From: Octopus sinensis
Taxonomy: Eukaryota
Direction of reading: 5' to 3'
NCBI RefSeq assembly: GCF_006345805.1
Contig: NC_043013.1
Span: forward strand, 42,470,001 to 42,534,000
Length of the DNA stretch: 64,000 nt
Part shown: in pieces, positions 49,846 to 63,259 of the stretch
Layout: every line of letters starts with the position of its first letter
Numbering within the stretch: position 1 is the first letter of the stretch
Notes under the pieces: model-generated
What the model was told of the DNA's origin: nothing
Seen by the model: the letters and a program-made list of their open reading frames with translations, nothing else
Database searches by the model: none
Made by a program: the position numbers and the translations under genes

Positions 49846-51747
49846 ATAAAAAGATATACACTTGATACCATAATGCTAGGTCTTTTAAGCTCTGTTGTTA
49901 TTTAACCCCAGGTCAACTCCTGATCAAGCAGACCAAAGGCATTCCATGCCTGACCATTCTGTCTTTAAAAATACTACACTATCTAATATGCCCTTCGCTT
50001 TTTTAAGACCGTTGCGTATTAGTTGAGAGGGATTTGACTGATATTTGTAACAGATTGAGGGACCACATAGAGCAACATCTCTCAACCTGAGATCCACAGA
50101 CCTCTTGTGGGTGGGGTTCCACAAAGACAGTAGTGAGAGTCAATGAACTGTGTTGCATAATAACTCACAATTATACCTTGTTAATAATACACCTGTGTAA
50201 CTGTATAATTAAGATACATATGCAAACTGCATAATTACATATAATTATGCATTTACATATATCTTTCAACTGAGAGACAGAAATGGAAAAATTAATTCGT
50301 TGTGAGTTAAGAAAACCAGCTTGTTAAATTGACATACCTTTCAAATGCTTACGGTCCATAGGAAAATCCATTAAACCCTTTTGTTACCATATATCAGAAG
50401 TGCAACCGTGGCAGGCTGTATGGTAAGAAGTTTGCTTCCCAACCACATGGTTCCTGGTTCAATCCACTGTGTGATACCTAGGGCAAGTATCTTCTACTAT
50501 AGCCTCAGGTCGACCAAAGCCTTATGTGTGAACTTGGTAGACAGAAACTGTGTGCATGTTTGTGTCTGTCCCTCACCATCACTTGGCAAGCAGTGTTGGT
50601 GCTAAATCCCTGTAACCTAGCAGTTTGGCAAAAGAGACCGATAGAAGTACCAAGCTAGCATTTCAAATTTGATTTTTTTTTTTTCAGTGCTACCTGCATT
50701 AAATATGTTAACGCTGCCTTAACTGCTTAGTAATTACTTCTTAGTAATTAATCTCACAGGGACTTATATATATATGCCAGGTCTGCCTGACTGGCTCCCA
50801 TGCCAGTGGCACATAAAAAGCAACATCCTAATGTGGTCGATGCTAGTGCCCCCTGACTGGCTCCCGTGCCAGTGGCATGTAAAAAGCACCTACTACACTT
50901 TCAGAGTGGTTGGCATTAAGGGCATCCACCTTTAGAAGCATTGCCAGATCAGAATGGAGCCTGTTTACGTCCTTATACCACAACATATCAGGCAAGTGTT
51001 TACCACTATAGCCCCAGGTTGAATAATGCTTCCTGAGTGGATTTGATAGACATTATATACATGCATGTGTGTGTGTGTGTGTATGTGTACTGGTGAGTGT
51101 ATGTGTGTGTTTGCATGCATGTTTGAGCTGGTCCTATCAACAGTTGATAACTAGTTTTGTTTTGTTCACATCCCCATAACTTATCCGAAAAGTGACTAAT
51201 GGAATAAATAGCAGACTTGAAAGCTAAATACTGAAGCCAGTCTAATCAACTAAACCAGTGGTTTCCAGCCATTTTTTGCCTATAGACTCCTTGGATTCCT
51301 TCTTTTTTTATTTTTTTCAAGTGGATCCTCATAAAAAAAAGAATAAAGACCCCCTTCGGCCATGAGTGACCATGGGATTGCACATAGAAAGTTACCCTCT
51401 GAAACACAAGTCTGGGCGAGATTGTTTATGGAAGACAAGCAGTTGACCAATGTATACCAGCCTCTCTTCTCCACACCACTGATATTGTCCAAGGGAAAGG
51501 CAAAGGCCAGTACAGCTTGGCACCAGTGATGTCACAACTCATTTCTACAGCTGAGTGAACTGGAGCAACACAAAATAAAGTGTCTTACTCAAGAACACAA
51601 CACACAGCCTGGTCCAGGAATTGAACTCACTACCTCATGATTGTGAGCCTGACATTCTACTCTAACCACTGAGCCATGTGCCTTCATGAACCCTCATAAA
51701 CATTAGATATTTTCAAAAATCCTATCATATTTTTATAATTAAGTATT

Positions 51748-52125
51748 ACTCTTTTGCTTGCTTCAGTCATTTGATTGTGGCCATGCTGGAGCACCGCCTT
51801 TTAGATGAGAAAATCGACCCCAGGACTTATTCTTTGTAAGCCTAGTACTTATAAAGTATTGGTCGCTTTTGCCAAACCACTAACATATGGAGACGTAAAT
51901 GCCAACACCGGTTGTCAAGCGATGTTGTGGGGACAAACACCGACACACAAACATATACACACACATATACATATATACGACGGGCTTCTTTCAATTTCCA
52001 TCTACCAAATCCACTCACCAGGCTTTGGTCAGCCCGAGGCTATAGTAGAAGACACTTGCCTAAGGTGCCATGCAGTGGGACTGAACCCGGAGCCATGTGG
52101 TTCGTAAGCAAGCTACTTACCACGC
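51748..52125 (-). mobile_element. SINE family A
   Basis: Family A sequence on -. Confidence 0.88.
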
Positions 52126-52562
52126 GAGCACATATTTCACATGGGGATTGTAACATCCTTACAATGTAGCCAGCTGATGATGGATTAGTAAGTCCAGAGC
52201 CATGCGAGAGAAGTGACTAACTCATCTATAGTCATCATCACGCTCTCCTTACGTATGCAAATGTCATCCGATGTGTCTGACCGATGAATCACTGATGCTG
52301 TTGTAGTCGTCTTTGTCGTCGTTGTTCTTGTTGTTGTTGTCTATGTGCAAACATTTGCAATGCAGCTAGGATCATATGTCGGCGCAAACGAACAAATGAA
52401 TGATTGGGTGAGTGGGGTAGGTTGGGTGGTGGCCGGCTGGGTGGTTTACTTGAGCGAGTATCTACCTCTGCTCTGTTGCAGTTGCTGCCAACTTCAAAGC
52501 CAGCCTAGGCCTACATCAATGATGAACGGCATTTTACATGTTATCTGTTAAGCTGTTTGCAG

Positions 52563-52890
52563 CCAAACAAGTGTGTGTGTGTATTTGCATAAATGTTATA
52601 TGTATGTATGTATGCATGCATATGTATGTGTATGTATGTATATATGTATGTGTGTATACGTATGTATATATATGTATGTGTGTATACGTATGTATATATT
52701 TGTGTGTGTGTATATGTATGTATGTATACATATGTATGTGTATATGTATATATATATATATGTGTGTGTGTGTTTATATGTATGTGTGTATGTATGTATG
52801 TATATATATATATATCTATATATGTATGTGTGTGTATATATATATGTATGTGTGTGTGTATATATATATGTATGTGTGTGTGTATATATG

Positions 52891-52921
<31 letters not shown>

Positions 52922-54010
52922 GCATATATGTATGTATGTGTATATATATGTATATATATACACATATATGCATATGTATATATATATATATGTATGTACC
53001 AATTAAGGACTGAACACGAAAAGTGGACAGTCAACATGCTAGATATAGACGTCAAATCGCCATTCACCACAAAAGATTATGTTCTCAGATCAAACTCAGC
53101 ACAAAACCATAGCAATATGTAGTATATATAAATTAATATAATTAATTGGTATATATAAATATTTTAATCTTCGGATTCTTTTTTAATATGCTAGACCACT
53201 GGTCTTAATTGATAAATATCAATTTCTACCCTTAATTAATTATATATATATATGTATATATATATATATGCATATATGTATGTATGTATATGTATATATA
53301 CACACACACACACATATATATATACATGTGTATATGTATATATATGTACATATATACACACACGTGTATATGTATATATATATATACACACATGTATATG
53401 TGTTGGGGGGGGTATAAACTGTTTCCTCGTTGCATTCAGTCATTATCATCGTCCTCATTATCACTAACATCATTAATATCATCATCTGATTGTTATCAAC
53501 ACCACTTATGCTACCACCCACCTCCTGCTCCCACCACCATTATTCATCATCTTCATCCTTATTATTTGTTAACGACACTGATGATGATGATGATCTTCAT
53601 CATAGCCACCACCTCAACTACTATTACCACTGCCGTTGCCATTTAGTACAGTTGTCAACATCTGGCCCACATGCACCACATCTATCATTTTGCCATCGTC
53701 ATCATCATCGTCATCACTATTATTGCCCCTATCATTGTCATTAGCATCTTTATCGACATCCAGAATCTTGTCCCCCTTCTCCACTTACAACTCTACCCAA
53801 TTTACCATTATCACCACCAGCACCATCATTACTGCCATCGTCATCACTATCACCATTGTCATCACCACCATGACCAGTACCATCACCAATGCCACCACCA
53901 CCACCGTCATCATCAGGACCACCACCATCACCGCCATCATCGTCAGTATTATTGTTATTATCACCATTGACAACCTCCAGCTCTCCTCTTCCACCACCAC
54001 CACCCCTGCC
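52563..54010. repeat. Simple-repeat block: (TA/TG)n at 52563-52997 and 53245-53405, degenerate (CAT/CAC)n at 53440-54010
   Basis: Directly visible; the His-, Thr- and Ile-rich ORFs here are by-products. Confidence 0.93.
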
Positions 54011-54387
54011 ATTTAAACCCCACCCATGGTCCTTACCATCACCACATTGCTTCTCTCACAATAGATGTATATATATATATATATAATGTACTGGATGTCT
54101 GTTAACATGATTTTCATTCTGTGGAGACTGTCCTCATCTCAGGTTTGTCTGGTCACATATCTCAATGACATTTACTAGTTGCACTTGTTTGGGTGGCAGA
54201 AAGGTTACTATCTCACCCACCCACCCACAACCATCCCCTCCCCCCTCTCTCTCTGTTAAATTTAGAAGATATGTTGCCCCATATATTTATACAGAATGCA
54301 GTGCTCTAGCATTGCCTTGATCCATCATTGCTAAAACAAACTAAATAACATGAGTGTGTATGTGTTATATATATATATATGTATATA

Positions 54388-54770
54388 TAGGCGTAGGAGT
54401 GGCTGTGTGGTAAGTAGCTTGCTTACCAACCACATGGTTCCAGGTTCAGTCCCACTGCGTGGCACCTTGGGCAAGTGCCTTTTACTATATCCTCAGCTTG
54501 ACCAATGCCTTGTGAGTGGATTTGGTAGACAGAAACTGAAAGAAGCCTGTCGTATATATGTATATATATATGTGTGTGTCTGTGTTTGTCCCCCCCAACA
54601 TCGCTTGACAACCGATGCTGGTATGTTTATGTCCCTGTAACTTAGCAGTTCGGCAAAAGACACCAATTGAATAAGTACTAGGCTTACAAAGAATAAGTCC
54701 TGGGGTTGATTTGCTTGACTAAAGGTGATGCTCCAGCATGGCCACAGTCAAATGACTGAAACCAGTAAAA
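54388..54770 (+). mobile_element. SINE family A, full length
   Basis: Head-to-tail match to the 34955 copy. Confidence 0.92.
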
Positions 54771-54772
54771 TA

Positions 54773-54808
<36 letters not shown>

Positions 54809-54812
<4 letters not shown>

Positions 54813-55049
54813 TAGTGTACATTTATACACAAAGAGGCAAGCCATTTACAGGTTGCCTAACGTACTAGAAAGAACAGTCAAAAAGTCCAAACCACGGTTA
54901 AGAACAATTTCGAAGGGAATGAAAAATAAAAACATTTATTAAGTTTTACAGCTGGACCTCTGGTGGGTTGGAGTTTTTGACTGTTCTTTCTAGTATATTA
55001 GGCAACCTGTAATTGGCTTGCTTCTTTGTGTATAAATGTACACTAATTT
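54809..55049. mobile_element. MITE-like inverted repeat (about 87-bp arms, 67-bp spacer) in a TA context
   Basis: 54809-54895 is the reverse complement of 54963-55049 with a few mismatches. Confidence 0.85.
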
Positions 55050-56279
55050 TTATATGAAGAATATGTCTTGACTTTGTATACATACTAGGCTACTGGTAGA
55101 AAAAAATTTCTATAATTCTTTTCCTACCCTATATAACTATATATATATATATATACACACATCATCATCGTTTAACATCTGCCTTCCGTGCTATCATGGG
55201 TTCGACATATAAGTGCTGGTGCCACGTAAAAAGCATCCAGTCCACACTGTGAAGTGGTTAGCATTTGGAAGGCATCCAGGAGTAAAAACCATGCCAAAAC
55301 TAACCTCACCCCTGCTGATGGCATGTAAAAAGCATTCAGTCTGCTCTCTGGAGTGGTTGCTGTTAGGAAGGGCATCCAGCCATAAAAACCATGCCGAAAC
55401 AGACACAGTAGCCTTGTGTAGTCTTCTACCTGGCCAGCATGGAAGGCGGATGTTAAATGATAATGATGATGATGACTCCTGTCACAACCTGGGACCTTGA
55501 AGACTGCTATAATGCAAGAAAGTATACTAGTCCCTTAATATTTGATATTCGGTAATTCATCTATTCAATAAGACAATCAATACTTCATTTTATTTTACTA
55601 TATATACTATTTATACTATATATGTTCTATATTCGACATCAATATTATAAAGAATATAAATAAAACATAAAAACAGACTGAGTTGGAATTTCTTTGAATA
55701 ATATATATCCCTCTATATACAATCATACAAACCCCTTTATATATATAAATAGATGTGTGTATTTTTCCCTTGTTATCAATTAACATGGAAAATATAGATA
55801 AATAGTTACCAGGGTAGCAAAAAATCACACAGGTAAAAAGGGTGTAACTCCATGTTTTTAAAGGTAGAAACTCTGGGTTTACGTGAAATATTTTGTATAA
55901 TATATATAAATATATATAAATAACTAAATAAACGCAGGTGTTATTCAAATTCTTTTACTTCCAACACATGTTTCGAAGATATCACTGGTATTACTCCAAA
56001 GGAATAAAATTGTGTAAAACAATGTAATCTTCTCTTCAGGGAAATGAAGAAATGAAACTCACCAATAAGATATTTTAACAGAATATGATTGATATGTATA
56101 GTGATTAACTGAACGCTATTAAGTTTTCTTGTCTAATTTCATCTTGTGATGTGCGGTGCAGTGCAGTGCAATCCCAATTGCTCTGTGTTGTATGTCCCAC
56201 AGCCAGTCAATAGAAGAATGTTGAGCAGTTATGGCCAGTATAACAGTTGGTCATAAAGTTTTATAACTTTCATATTTGC

Positions 56280-56700
56280 AATTGAGTTAATAAACCACAC
56301 CCGTCATCAAAGTTTAGCTCACAGCTTTACATGCTTATGGTTTCTTATTAACAAAAAAGCGTTTTTAATTTTAGTGGTTTTTTAATATAGTATTAGTATT
56401 ATTCTATGGTTTGGTATAATGCATTCTGTGTTCCCATTTTACAAGATTTTTGAGTATGTGTTCATCTATTCTGTTGTTGGTATGCTTTAATCCACATAAT
56501 ACACTTTATGTGATCTGTGTATTTTCAACAGGTGTGGCACCATCTGAAGTATTTATTCCATTATATTGTATTGTGTGTCTATATTGTCCTTTGGCTTGCA
56601 TAACCATTGTTGAATAGTGTTTCTTTTATTCCATGGATTTCTTTTATCTAATGCTTTGTTTCTTAAGAAGAATCTTAATGTCCTTCTATACAAGGGTTCT
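56280..56700 (-). mobile_element. Possible very decayed Penelope-like GIY-YIG remnant
   Basis: Frame-hopping translation C..C...YYV/G..T.NRIDEHI and KIKNAFLLIRNHK loosely resembles PLE endonuclease motifs; many stops. Confidence 0.3.
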
Positions 56701-57162
56701 ACCACTGACATTCTGTGGACAGACATTTGCTGCCTTTATTTATTTATTCATTTATTTATTTATGTATGTATGTATGTATGTATAGATAGATAGATAGATC
56801 AGTTACAGGATTCGTTAGAATCTAGGCATATCAACAAGTAGGATGCCAGGAATGGTTGGGTATTGAGTTCACAGTGAGGTAAAACAACCCTTAGTTGTGG
56901 TACACTGTAACTGGCATTCCATTGGTTACAATGAGGAAGATTCCAGTTGATCCGATCAATTGAACAGCCTGCTCATGAAATCAATGTGCACGTGGTTGAG
57001 CACTCCACAGATATGTACCCTTAACTTAATCCTCAGGGAGATTCAGCATGACAAAAAGTGTGACAAGGCTGGCCCTTTGAAATACAGGTACACTAAAAGT
57101 ATGTATATATACACATGCATATATTTATATTTATATATGTGTGTGTGCGTATATATATATAT

Positions 57163-57321
57163 AGGTGCAGGAGTGACTATGTTGTAAGTAGCTTGCTTAC
57201 TAACCAAATGATTCTGAGTTCAGTCCCACTGCATGGCACCTTGGGCGTCTTCTACTATAGTCTCAGGCCGACCAAAGCCTTGTGAATGGATTTGGTAGAC
57301 GAAAACTGAAAGAAGACCATC

Positions 57322-57383
<62 letters not shown>

Positions 57384-57600
57384 TTTGTATGTATATGTGT
57401 GTCTGTGTTTGTCCCCCCACCATCGCTTGACAACCAATGTTGGTGTGTTTACGTCCCCCGTAACTTAGTAGTTCAGCAAAAGAGACCGATAGAATAAGTA
57501 CTAGGCTTACAAAGAATAAGTCCTGGGGACAATTTGTTTAACTAAAGGCAGTGCTCCAGCATGGCTGCAGTCAAATGACTGAAACAAATTAAAGAATAAA
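57163..57600 (+). mobile_element. SINE family A, full length with an expanded internal (TA)n
   Basis: Family A head and tail are both present. Confidence 0.9.
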
Positions 57601-57604
57601 AGAA

Positions 57605-57661
<57 letters not shown>

Positions 57662-58369
57662 AATATACACACATAGACATGAATATATGCACATAGGTAC
57701 CAAATCAAATATAAATCATAGAACTGACCCAGAGTTGGTTCCAGGTAATGCATATGCATAAAAGAACACATGTGGAGTTCAAAATTCATAACCATTATTT
57801 CGCCAACATTTTCTTGATGCATTCTTAGATTACATCATAGCAAAAAAAATCACACACACACACACACGCACACATATATAAGAGTGTGCCTTTGGTGTAA
57901 GCAAACATTTCATTGCTAAACTGTCAAATGTCCAAATTCCCCAGCTATTTCAGATGCTAAGATGTCAAGAATTGTCAAAGTGTAGTGCAATGGTTTTGCT
58001 ATGGAATGGTGAAACTGTTTGCTGAAAAAGCAAAGTGTTGGACTTACAACACTTTTGTATAATAGCAACGATTTGTATTTGTTATTTTCCACATCCAGAT
58101 GATTATGCCTAGAAATGGGATCAGTATGTTGCTAGGGGGTTTATTTGTACTGTCATGGATCTTTTATTATTATCTATTTTGGTTTTCTGTCATTCGCTGT
58201 GGCCATCCTGGGGCACCACTTTGAAGGGTTTTTCTTTATTTTTTTCTTATTTCTTGCCATCATCATCATTGTCATCACCATCACAATCATCATCATCATT
58301 GTCACCATCATCATCATCATCATCACTACCACCATCGTCGTCATCATCATCATCACTTCCTGCACTTGT

Positions 58370-58593
58370 GACATTTCATCAACCCAGAGGAGGTTGGAGA
58401 TTCAGTGAAGGAATTCTTCATTTTGAATGACAAAAAATGGCAATGGCATGGAATCAAAGAACCGGCAAAAAGGTGGCTCTAGACTGGTCAGCACGATGGC
58501 CTCTACCTTGAATGCTAGGCTGCTTTCATTGTAACTTGATGAATAAAGCAAATAAGCTACCACAATCTTACAAAACTTTTGACTCAACATAAT
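58370..58593 (+). mobile_element. mariner-type transposon 3' remnant
   Basis: PEEVGDSVKEFFILNDKKWQWHGIKEPAKRWL*TGQHDGLYLEC* resembles the mariner C-terminus (V.EFF..K...Y..GI..L.ERW......G.Y); ends in a TIR-like AACTTTTGACTCAACATAATA. Confidence 0.6.
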
Positions 58594-59921
58594 AAATATA
58601 ACTCAAAACATCTTAAAACTGAGATACAACAACCTCGTCTCATTCAGCAGCCTCAGAATGCAAAACATTTCACAAATTTTTTTCATATTTTTTCTAGAAA
58701 AACATTCGCTCATTCACTACATCACTGCTTACAACCAATCTCAGAGAACCAGCACTTCCACATTCTCCACTCACAACAGACATTTATTATTTTTGATGTC
58801 AACTACACATAAATCAGATAACTGAGATTGTATCACAAAAGCAGCTTTCTTTCAGGAGTGCCAGAAAGCATTTCCCAGTTGAACACCCAATGACAGTTAG
58901 TTTATTTTATTCGTTATACATCAGTGTACAGTTCACATATTTGGGGCACAGCTGCTGGTAGATGCAGTCGCATTCTGTACCACCATAAAACTAGAGATTA
59001 TCTATTTACTGGCATTAGGAAGGGCATCCAGTCATAGGAACCATGCCAATGCTGATGCAAAAGCTTGGTGCATCTGTGCAGCTAAGCACAGCCCTACAGC
59101 TTGGCACATCCCTGCAGCTTAGTGCAACCGTGCTGTTTGGTGCAATCCTGCAGCTTGCAAGATTGTGTCAGACCATCTACCCGAAGCTAGCTTGGAAAAC
59201 AGATGTTAAATAAAAATGATGATAACAATGATGGTGGTGGTGGTGGTGATGATTATGATGATAATGATGGTAGACAAAACTTCATTCATCAATACCCTTC
59301 AACTCTTTATCCTACCACTCCGCCGTGTCCATCTTCTGTTTAAAACTACCATGAGTACATCAGTCCGTGTACTTATGCACTTGTTAATGTACACAACATC
59401 TCCACCAACCCCATTCTCTTGGATACTGCTTTCTGCTGCAAACGAAATCCAGAGGAATGGCATTCAGTGAAAAGAAGGACTGGATTGTGGTGGGTAGTGG
59501 TAGGAGGAGTAAAGAGAGGTGAACAAGGTGGGAGTGCCTGATTGGAGATTTCACAAGACCATTCAACTCCAGTGAGCAGAGGCCCCTATAATATCTATAG
59601 AAAAATAACTGAGAGAGGAGACAGCATATTTTGTAGGCCAGAGATTAGTGAATAGGTCATTGTACTCTTTCACCACAACTTTCACTCTTTCTTCCTGTTT
59701 CTGTTGTATCTGTATTTCAAAGGGCCGGCCTTGTCACACTCTGTGTCACACTGAATCTCCCCAAGAACTACGTTAAGGGTACATGTGCCTGTGGAGTGCT
59801 CAGTCACTTGCACGTTAATTTTACAAGCAGGCTATTCCGTTGATCGGATCAACTGGAACCCTTGACGTTGCAACCGAGGGAGTGCCACGAATACATGTGT
59901 AAGAGTTTGTGTATATGCATT

Positions 59922-59958
<37 letters not shown>

Positions 59959-60534
59959 TTGTTTGTTATTGCATTTGTAAATATAACTTTAAAATGTGTT
60001 TATACATAAATGTGTGTGTGTGTGTTTGTGTATATGTATTTATATATATATATATATATACTAGACTACCCATGACCTGAAAAAAATCACGTATCTAGGT
60101 ACCTGAAAAAAATCACGTATCAAGGGAACCCATGGTCCAATTTATGCGAAACTTGTTTTATTCCATTTGTATTCACATTTCAATGCTACCTTACTTTCAG
60201 AGTATTTTCCCCATTATGCACCGGTTTGGCTGTATTAAATTAGACAAGCATGTGAGCAAAACTATCTAAGTGTTCATGGTAAAGGGCAATAATTCCAGAT
60301 TTGACTGCTTAAATTTGTGGAAACAAAACCCAAAAAATGTGTATCTCAGGAATCCATGGGCCAATTTATGCAAAACTTGTTTTATTAATGCTACATTTCT
60401 TTCAGAGTATTTTCCCATTATGTTCCGGCTTGGCTGTATTAAATTACAGGCAAGCACAGAGTTTTGGTAGTATGTAGATATATGTCCTTGTGTGTGCGTA
60501 TATATATATATTCTTTTCTTTTCTTTATTTGCAG

Positions 60535-60732
60535 TGAGAGCAGAAGAAGATGAGAACCATGCTTACTGTGCATACTACAACGATGGTCAATCTGGCAACG
60601 AAGAAAAGCCCAATCATGACACCATAATGCCTGACAATGTCACCATCCGGTGTTCTAAGCCCAATGACTATTGCTTCTCATTCTGGTTTATTTCATCTGA
60701 CAACAGCGGTAACATATCCCTCATCAGACAAG
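60535..60732 (+). CDS. BMPR2: Internal exon encoding the start of a BMP type II receptor (BMPR2/wishful thinking-like) ectodomain
   Basis: Polypyrimidine tract plus TTGCAG acceptor and AAG|GTAGGT donor, phase 1 on both sides, 198 bp. Peptide (V)RAEEDENHAYCAYYNDGQSGNEEKPNHDTIMPDNVTIRCSKPNDYCFSFWFISSDNSGNISLIRQG parallels human BMPR2 exon 2 (RLCAF...ENGTILCSKGSTCYGLW...GDINLVKQG), recalled with the same boundary inside the Gly codon. The next (CW...) exon was not found before 64000. Confidence 0.85.
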
Positions 60733-60759
60733 GTAGGTGCTTCTCAGTCAATTTAGTTA

Positions 60760-61340
60760 CTCACCATCTTTCAGGTGTCTTGCTGTCTCTTGGGTGTCTC
60801 ACCATCCTTCAGGTGTCTTGCTGTTCCTAAAATGTCTTGCCGTCCCTCAGATGTCCCTTTATTGTCACACCATTCTCAGTTGTATTACCAACCTTCTGGT
60901 GTCTCACCAATTCTTAGGTGTCCCACTGACCCTCAGGTGTGTCACCATCCTTTTGATGACCCACTGTTCCTCAGGAATTTCACCATCCTTTGGATGTCTC
61001 CCTGTCCCTTGGGTATCTTACCAACACTCAGGTGTTTCACCATCCCTCAAGTGTCCTACTGTTCCTCACTGTCCCTTGAGTGTCTCCCTGTCCCTTGGGT
61101 GTCTTTCCAACACTCAGGTGTTTCACCATCCCTCAAGTGTCCTGCTGTTCCTCACTGTCCCTTGAGTGTCTCACTGTCACTTGGGTGTCTCACCATCCCA
61201 CAAGTGTCTCACTAACTCTCAGGCATTTCACTTTTCTTCAGGTCATCATCCCTCAGGTGTTTCACTGTCCCTCAAGTATCTCATCACCTCTCAGATGTCT
61301 TACCATCCCTCAGGTGTCTCACTGTCCCTCTAGTGTCTCA
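60760..61340 (+). repeat. 19-bp minisatellite (consensus TCACCATCCCTCAGGTGTC), about 30 units, with an 86-bp higher-order duplication
   Basis: Units are directly visible; 60995-61080 is nearly identical to 61081-61166. Confidence 0.9.
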
Positions 61341-61807
61341 TAAGGACTTGCTAGACCACACCCTAAGTAAATGACCATCCAACAGTTTGGCAGCAACACA
61401 CTCCAATGTCTGACCCACAGATGTAGCTGTCTCCTCTCTTTCTCTCTTCTATTATAGTGGCCCCCACTCCTCAGGGTTGGCAGGGCATGCACCATCTCCA
61501 CTCAGGCACTTTGACTCATTCATCTCTTTTCCTTCTATCATTTATATTCATCCATATTGTGTATACTCCATCTCTGGTCTCACTCTGATCACTTGAACCA
61601 ACATTTCCTCTCCAGAAGTTGTCAGCTCTCTGCAATTTTCTCCCTACCCATATTTTTTTCTACAAATTTTTTTTTTCCTATTATTCTTCCCCTGCAACCA
61701 TCAACTTACGATTGTCCCAGAAGTTCAATCACATTGATGTCATTGATCTCAGACAAACCATAAAAGCCATGGGCATAACCCTTCTTCCAAAGTTGTTTGT
61801 TCCTTCT

Positions 61808-62095
61808 CAAGCCATGCCTGGCTCATAAGGGTTGGTTTCCCAGTTTCCTTGGTGTATAGGTTCCCCACCTGGACGGGACACCGGTCCGTCGCAGGTGAGC
61901 TGCAAGATGCAGGAGGAAAGAGTGAGAGAAAGTTGTGGCGAAAGAGTCAGCAGAAGTTTGCCATTACCTTCTGTCGGAGCCATGTGGAGCTTAGGTGTTT
62001 TGCTCATAAACACACACATCACCCAGTCTGAGATTCGAACCCGCAATCCTTCAACCGCAAGTCCACTATTCTAACCACTAGGCCATGTGCCTCCA
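61808..62095 (-). mobile_element. SINE family C variant
   Basis: Shares its tail with 31812-31900 and has a tRNA-like head GGCACATGGCCTAGTGGTTAG...GGTTCGAATCTC. Confidence 0.75.
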
Positions 62096-62236
62096 CTTCT
62101 TCCAAAGTAATCCAATACAAAAAAAAAGTCACTTAGATACCTTCTACTCACTCTGCTGCCACCAAGTCATCTGAACCCAGCCAAAGCCAGCCTATTTCTA
62201 TCATAAGTTATGTTAATATTTCTATTTATTTCTTTA

Positions 62237-62587
62237 CTAGCACTATGACCCAGCATAGTGCTAGTGCATGCATATACAGCTCCGTGTGTGTGCACATACT
62301 CGTGAGTACTGTCCAAATCTCTGATCAGTCACATACAGCTAGCTGGCATTCAATTGGCGTATCAAGTTTCGGGCATTTTGATTGGGTTTTGGATAGAAAA
62401 TTCACAAAAAAGTCACTTCTATTGATTTTTTAATGGCTTTGCGGGGTGACTAAGGAAATGTAAAGATGTGCACAACCACCCTTGGACGGTTTTGAATGAC
62501 CATAGAAAGTGCGAGCCCTCAAACTGAAAAATTGTGGATTTGTATAATGGACACACACGCAGACATTTTGCCGTTTATATATAGAGA
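62237..62587 (-). mobile_element. Non-autonomous Helitron-like element, second family
   Basis: Minus strand A|TCTCTATATATATAAACGGC start and CTAG|T end; terminal perfect hairpin ACTAGCACTATG-ACCCAG-CATAGTGCTAGT (62236-62265). Confidence 0.7.
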
Positions 62588-63259
62588 TATTTCTGAGAAT
62601 TTTTTGTACCTCATTGCTCCTACCAGTATTTTATTCCCAAGACTGAACACCAACTCTCTCAAGGGCCAACAGGGTAGGGGGAGGAGGACATTTTAGTGGT
62701 CACTCAAATTCCTAGAAATAACTGTCAAATCTCCTTTAAATAACATGTTATCATCTTGGACAAAAAAAAAAAAGATAAAGCACTAGAGATGTTAGGTAGT
62801 TAACAACCCTTAGCAAGACAGGCTGGTGCTGCTTGGTTGTCTTTATGTCTTTAATCGTGGGTCTGCTTGATCACAGTAAATCTGAGGTTAAATACTAACA
62901 ACAACAAAAATAATCCTTCATTTCAAGGATTAGATTGCTGACCCTTTCTCATTCACAACAAACACTTCGATAATATCTCTGCTTCAAACCCATTCTAAAA
63001 CCCTGCCTTCTCTCTCTCTCTCTTCCCAGTTTCTTATCTCCATATCCATCTACCTCTTAATGCATTCATGCCATCATCTGAATAATTCATCAGTTAATTA
63101 ATTCATTCCTTCTTCCATCCATCCACACCCTCCACTCACCAGTCAATTTCACCCAGCAAAGAAGCCTCTACATGTTAGGTCAACCTGCTAGAAACAGCAG
63201 CAGCCACCTCTCTCTCTCTCCAACGGTACTCTGCTCTCTTAACAAAGGACACATTACAT

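Noticed and set aside
53490-54086. His-, Thr/Ile- and Pro/Ser-rich ORFs (also 58145-58430)
   Set aside because: Degenerate (CAT/CAC)n trinucleotide repeats with no splice or homology support.
60737-61343. 142-, 146- and 87-aa Cys/Pro/Ser-rich ORFs
   Set aside because: They are readouts of the 19-bp minisatellite in rotating frames.
62815-62900. CAG|GCTGGTGCTGC as the next BMPR2 exon
   Set aside because: It would read G-W-C-C rather than G-C-W, hits a stop after about 25 codons, and overlaps a dispersed repeat also seen at about 17915-17975 and 49890-49940.
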